In this document: one piece after another, positions 18,735 through 25,676 of the stretch
Layout of the letters: every line of letters starts with the position of its first letter
Position numbering within the stretch: position 1 is the first letter of the stretch
NCBI GenBank assembly: GCA_046598045.1
Contig: JBKJJJ010000034.1
Coordinates: 1-30,428, forward strand
Length of the DNA: 30,428 bases
Direction of reading: 5' to 3'
Origin: Candidatus Eiseniibacteriota bacterium
GTDB taxonomy: Bacteria > Eisenbacteria > RBG-16-71-46 > DASYSL01
Notes under the pieces: generated by a model
What the model was told of the DNA's origin: nothing
The model's database searches: none
Seen by the model: the letters and a program-made list of their open reading frames with translations, nothing else
Translations under genes and position numbers: made by a program

Positions 18735-19078
18735 GCACGCTCGTATCGCCCCGCCGGCGCGGGTTCGAACGCTCCGGGGCCGCGAACGGCGCGGGTTTCG
18801 GGAGGCCCGGGCTCGCCAAAGCCGTGCAGCCGGGTGCGCCCGGGAACGGCGGCCCGATTGAGGAACTCCCCAGGAACCCGGGAAGTTTGCGCCGCCCGAG
18901 CGCGGAAGTTCCGCGGCGTCCCCGCACTCGCCGCTCCCCAATTCCCGGGTTCTGCCGCATAATCCCGCCTCCCGCCAACGGGCCGCTCACCCGGCCCGAC
19001 TCTTGCGTTAGCCGCATCGGGCCGCGCACCTGCGCGGGCTCGTCGTCTTGCGCCCAACTCCGACCGGATGGACCCGTC

Positions 19079-22000
19079 ATGCGCCCAGGCTTCCATCGTC
19101 GCACCCGCTGCTTTGCCCTCGTCCTCGGCGTGCTGGTCGCGCTCGCGGCGGCCGGGCAGGCGCGTGCGCAGGGCGGCGTGTGGAGCACGATCCCGGTGCC
19201 GGGCGGCTCGGTCTCCGGCGTCGCCGACGCCGACAGCGGGCGGGTCCTGATCGCGGGCAACAATGGCGCGTTCCAATTCGACGGTTTTCGCCTGCGCCGG
19301 CTGCCGATCTTCTCCGACGCCCCCGATTCCCTGAAAGGGAACGCGGTTCTCCGCGCCCGCAACGGGGACATCTGGCTCGGCCACCTGCGGGGAGCCGTAA
19401 GGCTTCGCCCGAATGGCGAGGTCGACCGCTACGACGCGACTTCGGGCCTGGGCAATTTCGTCGACGCCGAGGTGACCGGGCTCGCCGAGACTCCTGACGG
19501 GGTGATCTGGGCGGCGACGAAGTTCGGCGGGCTCTCCCGCTTCGACGGCGCGAGTTGGTCCACCCTGACGACCGATGCCGGCCTGCCGTCCCAGAACGTC
19601 GCGGGAGTGGCCGTTGATCCGCGAGATGGCACGATCTGGGCGGGGTGCCTGGGGGGGACGGGAGGATTGGCCCACATCGTCGGCACGACGATCACGAAAT
19701 TCAGTCAGTTCACGATGAGTCCGATTCCGAATGTGCGATGTGTGCTGGTCGCGCGCTCGGGGCGCATCTGGTTCGGGCTCGACACCGGGATCGGCCGCCT
19801 CGAGAACGGCGGGATCGCGGAGTACCGGACCGGCAACGCAGTCGTCTCCCTGGCGGAGGGTGCGCACGGGGAAATCTGGTTCGGCACCGGGACCCGTGGC
19901 GTTGGGTACCTCGAGAATGGCGTCGCGACGTTCCTGGCGAGCGGGCCGCCCTCGAATGCGATTCAACACCTGTTCATCGACGCGGCCGGGTCGATGTGGA
20001 CGAGCACGACTGCCGGACTCGGGCGTTACGAGGGATCCGCGGTCCTCAACCTGTCGCAGCTGGTCGGTCTGCCCCCCGGCAGCACCTCGATCGTGGCGCT
20101 CCGCGATCGGGCCATGGACGCGCCCGGGGACACGGTCGATGCGCACGGTGCTGTCTGGGTGGGGCTCCAGTCCATCATCTCGGGGCTCGATGCCTACATG
20201 CTCCTCGAGCTCGTCAACGGATCTGTCCGGGTACTCGGGACGCCCCAGGGGCTGCTCCCTGGGCACGGTTTCGCGCTCACCCCGGCAGACTCGGGGCAGG
20301 TCTGGGTGGGGAGCTGTTTCGCTTCCGGATCGGGACTGTCCCGCATCGCGGTCGACGGGGTCGTCCGGCAAACGCTCACGAGCGGGCTCCCCTCGCAGGA
20401 CATCTTTGCTCTGCGACGCGGCGGACCCGGCGCGGTCTGGGTCGGCACCCGGGCGGGGGTCGCGCTCGTCGACGACGCCTCCAGCGTCCGCATACTCCGG
20501 ACCGGCCCGGGCGCCATTCCGGACGCGTCGATCCGGGGCCTCGATCTCGATGCGCAAGGCCGGCTCTGGATCGCTACCGGCATCGCGCCGACTCCCGACG
20601 GTCGCCAGGGTGCTGGAGCGATCCGATTCGACCCGGCCGACTCTTCCTTCACCAGTTACAACCAGGCGAACGGACTCCCGACCAACAACCTGACGTCGGC
20701 TGCCGCCTTCAAGAACGGCGACGTCTGGTTCGGATCGAACGCGGGAGCGATTCGCCTGCGGGGGAACTCGGTGACGACGCTGACGACGGCCCAGGGTTTG
20801 CCGGGGAACAGCGTGTCGGCGATTCGGGAAGGCAGGGATGGCGAGGCGTGGATCGCGACCAGCCTGGGCCTCGTCCAGTTCGACGGCGTCAACTCGACGA
20901 TCTACAACGTGGGCGACGGGCTCGCCGGGAGTGCACTGAACAACGTGTTCGCTGATTCGCTCGGCGTGATCGCCTCGCTGCGTCTCGACGGCGTTGCGCT
21001 CTTCCACCCCGATCGCACGCCACCGCGAGCCGAGATCGTGGCGGCACCGTCGGTCGTCAGCGGTTCGCGCGCGGCCCAGTTCGCGGTCCGGGGCGGCGAC
21101 CTCGACAGCGGAACGCGTGGCCTCCTGCTCTCGTATCAGCTCGACAGCCGGCCGCAGACGCCGTTCGCCGAGGACGTGACTTCGGCCTCGTTCTCGTTGC
21201 TCGCCGACGGCGACCACACGTTCCGCCTGTGGGCGAAGGATCGCGCGCTCAATGAGACGACCGATCCCGAGAGCCGGACGTTCACCGTCGACGCCACGCC
21301 GCCCCGGCCGATCGTCGAGGCGCCCTCGTTCAACGCGATCGTGCGCGACACCATCAGCGTGCTCGGTCGCGTCGACGACGCGCGCTTCGCCGGCTACACG
21401 ATCGAGCTCCGGCCCGAGGGCGCGCAGGCGTGGGACACGCTGTTCGTCTCCGCTACGCCGCCCGCACCGGGCGAGCCGCTCTATCGCTGGAACACGAAGG
21501 CGCAACTCGACGGCGTGTGGGAGCTGCGCGTGGGCGCGCACGACAGCCTCGGCCTGATCGGCTACGTGCAGGTCACGGTGACGGTCGACAACCTCGCGCC
21601 GAGTGCGAGCGTGACCAGCCCCGCGCGCATCGACCACGTGCAGGGCGGCCGCGTGTTCACGACGCTCGGCGAAGTCGAGCTCGACGTGCCGCCGAACGCG
21701 TGGCCGAGCGACCAGATCGTCGTGATCGAACGCATCGCCGCGCCCGGGGCGCTGCCCGCGCGCGGACCGGCGGGGGCCGTGTGGGCGACCGGTTGGAAAC
21801 TGAACGCGAACGACAACACGCTCGACAAGCCCGCGACGCTGATCGTCCAGATCCCCGGCGTGCCGGCGGGCGTGCCGGTCGCGCTCTACCGCATGGAGAT
21901 CGGTGCGGTCGACACGACGCTCGTGCCCGTCGGTGGCGCGCGCTCGTCGGACGGGCTGTCCATCTCGAGCGCGATCTCGACGCTCGGCTCGTACGTCGTG

Positions 22001-22342
22001 CTGTTCGGGCAGGGCGTCGGCGCGGGCGCGGGCTTTGCCGGCGCGCGCGGACTCGATTGCCAGCCGCGCGTGCTCTCTCCCAACGGCGGCGGGTTCGACA
22101 CGCGGCTGGCGATCAGCTTCGACCTCGGCAAGAGCGGCAATGGCGCGGTCAAGGTGTTCGACCGCGCGGGGCGGCTCGTGCGCGAGGTGGTCGAAACCGG
22201 CGCGTTCGCGCCCGGGCGCAACGTGGTGTTCTGGGATGGCAAGGACGGGGACGGCCGGGTGGTGCCCTCGGGGCTGTACGTCGTGGCCGTGCGTTTCGAC
22301 GGCGAGACCTCGGTCGCGTCGGTCGCGGTGGCGAACCGATGA
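19079..22342 (+). CDS. Secreted beta-propeller (Reg_prop-like) protein with Ig-like domains and C-terminal FlgD/T9SS-like sorting domain
   Basis: Signal peptide ending ARA; many GLPSN-x-V...D-x-x-G-x-IW-x-GT-x-x-G repeats; Y_Y_Y-like LADGDHTFRLWAKD; VDATPP and VDNLAP Ig boundaries; LSPNGGG...VFDRAGRLVR...WDGKDGDGRVVPSGLY terminus. Confidence 0.88.
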   Translation: MRPGFHRRTRCFALVLGVLVALAAAGQARAQGGVWSTIPVPGGSVSGVADADSGRVLIAGNNGAFQFDGFRLRRLPIFSDAPDSLKGNAVLRARNGDIWLGHLRGAVRLRPNGEVDRYDATSGLGNFVDAEVTGLAETPDGVIWAATKFGGLSRFDGASWSTLTTDAGLPSQNVAGVAVDPRDGTIWAGCLGGTGGLAHIVGTTITKFSQFTMSPIPNVRCVLVARSGRIWFGLDTGIGRLENGGIAEYRTGNAVVSLAEGAHGEIWFGTGTRGVGYLENGVATFLASGPPSNAIQHLFIDAAGSMWTSTTAGLGRYEGSAVLNLSQLVGLPPGSTSIVALRDRAMDAPGDTVDAHGAVWVGLQSIISGLDAYMLLELVNGSVRVLGTPQGLLPGHGFALTPADSGQVWVGSCFASGSGLSRIAVDGVVRQTLTSGLPSQDIFALRRGGPGAVWVGTRAGVALVDDASSVRILRTGPGAIPDASIRGLDLDAQGRLWIATGIAPTPDGRQGAGAIRFDPADSSFTSYNQANGLPTNNLTSAAAFKNGDVWFGSNAGAIRLRGNSVTTLTTAQGLPGNSVSAIREGRDGEAWIATSLGLVQFDGVNSTIYNVGDGLAGSALNNVFADSLGVIASLRLDGVALFHPDRTPPRAEIVAAPSVVSGSRAAQFAVRGGDLDSGTRGLLLSYQLDSRPQTPFAEDVTSASFSLLADGDHTFRLWAKDRALNETTDPESRTFTVDATPPRPIVEAPSFNAIVRDTISVLGRVDDARFAGYTIELRPEGAQAWDTLFVSATPPAPGEPLYRWNTKAQLDGVWELRVGAHDSLGLIGYVQVTVTVDNLAPSASVTSPARIDHVQGGRVFTTLGEVELDVPPNAWPSDQIVVIERIAAPGALPARGPAGAVWATGWKLNANDNTLDKPATLIVQIPGVPAGVPVALYRMEIGAVDTTLVPVGGARSSDGLSISSAISTLGSYVVLFGQGVGAGAGFAGARGLDCQPRVLSPNGGGFDTRLAISFDLGKSGNGAVKVFDRAGRLVREVVETGAFAPGRNVVFWDGKDGDGRVVPSGLYVVAVRFDGETSVASVAVANR

Positions 22343-24930
22343 GCGTGCGCACGAGTCCCCTGGCCGCGCTCGCTGCGGCCGGCGCGCTCGCCGCGCCGGG
22401 CCTGCTCGGTGTCGCCGCGCCGGCGCACGCCCGCACCGCCTCCGACGCGCCGATCGGCGCTCGCGCGCAGGCGATGGGCGGCGCGTTCACGGCGATCGCG
22501 GACGACGGCAACGCGCTCTACTGGAACCCGGCCGGGCTCTCGCGGCTCGGGCACCAGGAATTCACGAGCACGCTCGGCAACCTCTACGGCGCGGGCCTCA
22601 AGGACAACCACCTGGGCTACGTGTTCCCGATCACGGACACGCAGGCGGCGTCCCTGTCGTGGCACCAGGCGAGCCAGGACGAGGCCGGCCTCGGCTACTT
22701 CGAGAACACGTTCAGCCTGGGCTACGCGTTACGCTTCGGCAGGCGGCTCGCGGTCGGTGCGGTGGGGCGTTACCTCAATGCCTCGACGGACCTCGACGGC
22801 AGCCGCTTCACCGACTGGACGGGATCGACGTTCGACCTCGGCGTCCACTACGCGCACAGCGGCCGGCTCGCCTTCGGCGCGACGGTCAGGGACGTGACCG
22901 GCCGCACCGTCACGCACAAGGACGGCCCGAGCGAGAAGCTGGCGGATCGTGCGCTGACGGTGGGCGCCGCGTTCAAGCCGATGCCCGCGTGGACGGTCGC
23001 GGCGGATGTGAACGACCGCCTCCACCTGGGCACCGAGTGGTGGTACCGCAACCTGTTCGCGGTCCAGGGCGGCGCGCAGAAGGACCTGGGCAGCAAGCAG
23101 GGCGAAGCGGGCGAGGGCTGGCAGTGGTCGCTCGGCACGTCCGCGCGCTGGCGGATCCTCCAGTTCGATTACGCGCACGTCATGCCTGCGTTCCTGCCGG
23201 CGTTCGATCGCATCACCGCCGCGGTGGCGTTCAACCTCAATCCCTCGCGCATCCGGGTCGACCACGCGCAGGTCGAGGAGGTGTTCGCCTCGCAGAGCAA
23301 GCGCTACGCGGCGCACCCGATGGGGTCGGTCAAGCTCGCGTCGCGCTCCGAGGAGCCGCAGGTCGCGACGCTGTCGGTGTTCGTCCCGGGGCTGATGGAT
23401 GCGCCGACCGAGAAGGAGATCGTGATCCGCCCGAAGGAGGTCAAGGAGGTGCCGCTCACTGCCGTATTCGGCAGTGAGCTGCTCCGGCTCAACGAGGACA
23501 AGGCCGTGCAGGCCGACGTGCGCCTGTCGTACCGCCACAAGAACCGCACGCGCGTCGAGAAGGCGACGACCTCGTTCTTCGTCTATCGCAGCGGCGCGAT
23601 CAGCTGGGACGACACGCGCGCCGCGGCCGCGTTCGTCACGCCGAACGACCCGGTGGTCGACGGCTTCGCGCGCGCCGTCGTCCAGGGTCGCGACCAGGCG
23701 TTCGAGGGCGGACCGCTGCGCAACGTGATGACCGCGATGCGCCTGTTCAACGCGCTCTCGGGTTACGGGATCACGTACGTGCCCGACCCGAACACGCCGT
23801 TCTCGGCCGTGTCCGATACCAAGAGCGCGGTCGACCAGGTGCAGTACCCGCGCGGCCTGCTCGCCAGCCGCACCGGCGACTGCGACGATATGTCCGTGCT
23901 CTACTGCACCGTGCTCGAGAACGTGGGCATCCCGACGGCGTTCCTCGACGGGCCCGGGCACATCCTCATGATGTTCGATTCGGGGATCCACCCGCGCAAC
24001 GCGCTCGCGCTCTCGGTGGACGAGAACCTGTACGTCGTCCAGGGCGACCGCGTGTGGATCCCCGTCGAGACCACGATGATCGGCAAGCCCTTCCTCGAGG
24101 CCTGGTCCGAGGGCGCGTCGATCTACCAGCGCTGGCAGTCGTCGTCCGAGTTCAAGGTCACGCCGGTCGAGGCCGCGTGGGCGGAGTACATGCCCTCGCT
24201 GCCCGAGACGCCGGCCCCCGTGGTCACGCCGCCGCCGGCCGATGCGATCGACCGACGCTTCGCGGCCGACCTCGACACGCTCAAGTCATGGCAGGCGGCG
24301 TACCTCAAGCAGAAGTTCCTCGAGCCGCTCGACTCGCAGCCCAAGTCGTCGCGCGATACGGGCCAGGAGAACAAGGTCGCCCTGATCCACGCGCTCGACG
24401 GGCAGCTCGCCGAGGCTCGCCGGACGTGGGACGCGCGACTCGCGTTCGACCCCACGAACACGACCGCGCTCAACAACCGCGGCAACATCGCGCTGCTCGA
24501 GGGCAAGGCGGATTCGGCGGCTTCGTACTACGATCGCGCCCGCGCGCTCGAGCAGGACCCGGGCACGATTCTGAACCAGGGCCTCGCGGCGTTCGCGCGC
24601 GGCGACCTGAAGGCGGCCGACGCGCGCTTCGAGGAGGCGCTCGCGCTCCTGCCGGACCCGGCCGCAGCGGAGCGCCTGCTTGCGCTGCCATCGCCGGCGG
24701 GCGGGCAGGGCGCCGCCCGGCGACTGACGGTCGAGGAAATCCGCCAGCGGCTGCACCTGGCGGCGCAGCGGCTGCCGAAGCAGGAGGACCCTTCGGCGAC
24801 GGAAACCGGGGGCGCCCCGTCCGGCGGCCCGGTCAAGGTGGTGTCCAAGGTGAGCGGCGCGCGCGCCTCGGACTTGAAGGGCTCGGCGCGCGTGATGTAC
24901 TGGAAAGGTGACGAAAGGGGGAGCAAGTGA
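22339..24930 (+). CDS. Fusion protein: PorV/PorQ (UPF0164)-like OM barrel, Ig-like domain, transglutaminase-like domain and TPR module
   Basis: ATGA coupling to upstream gene; signal peptide; GARAQAMGGAFTAIADDGNALYWNPAGL barrel motif; TGDCDD...PGH...WIPVETT putative Cys-His-Glu triad; ALNNRGNIALLEG TPRs. Confidence 0.85.
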   Translation: MSVRTSPLAALAAAGALAAPGLLGVAAPAHARTASDAPIGARAQAMGGAFTAIADDGNALYWNPAGLSRLGHQEFTSTLGNLYGAGLKDNHLGYVFPITDTQAASLSWHQASQDEAGLGYFENTFSLGYALRFGRRLAVGAVGRYLNASTDLDGSRFTDWTGSTFDLGVHYAHSGRLAFGATVRDVTGRTVTHKDGPSEKLADRALTVGAAFKPMPAWTVAADVNDRLHLGTEWWYRNLFAVQGGAQKDLGSKQGEAGEGWQWSLGTSARWRILQFDYAHVMPAFLPAFDRITAAVAFNLNPSRIRVDHAQVEEVFASQSKRYAAHPMGSVKLASRSEEPQVATLSVFVPGLMDAPTEKEIVIRPKEVKEVPLTAVFGSELLRLNEDKAVQADVRLSYRHKNRTRVEKATTSFFVYRSGAISWDDTRAAAAFVTPNDPVVDGFARAVVQGRDQAFEGGPLRNVMTAMRLFNALSGYGITYVPDPNTPFSAVSDTKSAVDQVQYPRGLLASRTGDCDDMSVLYCTVLENVGIPTAFLDGPGHILMMFDSGIHPRNALALSVDENLYVVQGDRVWIPVETTMIGKPFLEAWSEGASIYQRWQSSSEFKVTPVEAAWAEYMPSLPETPAPVVTPPPADAIDRRFAADLDTLKSWQAAYLKQKFLEPLDSQPKSSRDTGQENKVALIHALDGQLAEARRTWDARLAFDPTNTTALNNRGNIALLEGKADSAASYYDRARALEQDPGTILNQGLAAFARGDLKAADARFEEALALLPDPAAAERLLALPSPAGGQGAARRLTVEEIRQRLHLAAQRLPKQEDPSATETGGAPSGGPVKVVSKVSGARASDLKGSARVMYWKGDERGSK

Positions 24931-25589
24931 AGCGCATGAAGGGATTGCACCATGGGACGGCGCTCGCCGCATTGGCGGCGCTGTCGATCGCCGGCGTTGC
25001 GCTGGCGCAGGGCGAGGTCGGGAAGTCGACCGACCGCGTGAAGCTGCGCGCGCAGCTCGGGATCATCTACGCGCAGAACAACCAGCTCGACGAGGCGCGG
25101 AAGGAATTCGTCAAGCTGCTCGAGGAGCCGACCGGACGTGCCGCGGCGCTGACGAACCTCGGCAACCTCGCGGTGCTCGACGGCAAGGTGGACGTCGCGC
25201 TCGAGAACTACAACCAGGCGGCGGCGCTCGACACGTCCGACGGTGGGATCCTGCTCGACCTCGGGCTCGCGCTCAAGATGGTCGGCAAGGACGACGCCGC
25301 GACGGCGACGTTCGCCCGGGCGCTCACCAAGGCCGGCGGCGAGCAGCGTGCGGCCTACCTGCTCGGCGTGACCACCGACGCGGGCGACACGTCCAAGGGC
25401 AAGGTCAGCAAGCTCTCGGGCGAGGAGATCAAGGCCATGCTCGCGAAGGCGCGCACCCGCGTGCCCGACGCGACGACCACGACCGGCTCGAAGGAGACCG
25501 GGCGCACGCAGATCGTGTCCCGCCCCGGAGGCGCGCGCGCCTCGGACATGGGCGTGGGGCCGACGTCGTTCTACTGGAAAGAGAAGTAG
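24927..25589 (+). CDS. Secreted TPR protein, paralogous to the C-terminal module of the upstream fusion
   Basis: GTGA overlap; signal peptide ending ALA; ALTNLGNLAVLDG TPRs; GARASD...YWK tail. Confidence 0.85.
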   Translation: MKRMKGLHHGTALAALAALSIAGVALAQGEVGKSTDRVKLRAQLGIIYAQNNQLDEARKEFVKLLEEPTGRAAALTNLGNLAVLDGKVDVALENYNQAAALDTSDGGILLDLGLALKMVGKDDAATATFARALTKAGGEQRAAYLLGVTTDAGDTSKGKVSKLSGEEIKAMLAKARTRVPDATTTTGSKETGRTQIVSRPGGARASDMGVGPTSFYWKEK

Positions 25590-25601
25590 TACTCGCCTCA
25601 C

Positions 25602-25628
25602 GGCGCCGGGGCCGCGAGCCCCGGCGCC
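25602..25628 (+). other. Intergenic 11-bp GC stem-loop without U-tract
   Basis: GGCGCCGGGGC-CGCGA-GCCCCGGCGCC. Confidence 0.6.
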
Positions 25629-25676
25629 CTCCCCCTGCAGCGATCCGTTCCCCCCGACCCCGTCCGGGAGGCCTGC

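Noticed and set aside
18579..18962. 127-aa plus-strand ORF after the response regulator
   Set aside because: It has a GGAGG before a GTG, but non-host codon pattern, Pro/Arg/Ala-rich sequence and no motif; the region is better explained as regulatory.
18533..21637. 1034-aa minus-strand ORF
   Set aside because: Shadow of the propeller gene; no domain signal.
21430..22338. Apparent N-terminal extension of the barrel fusion ORF
   Set aside because: Overlaps the propeller gene out of frame; ATG 22339 gives a signal peptide and translational coupling.
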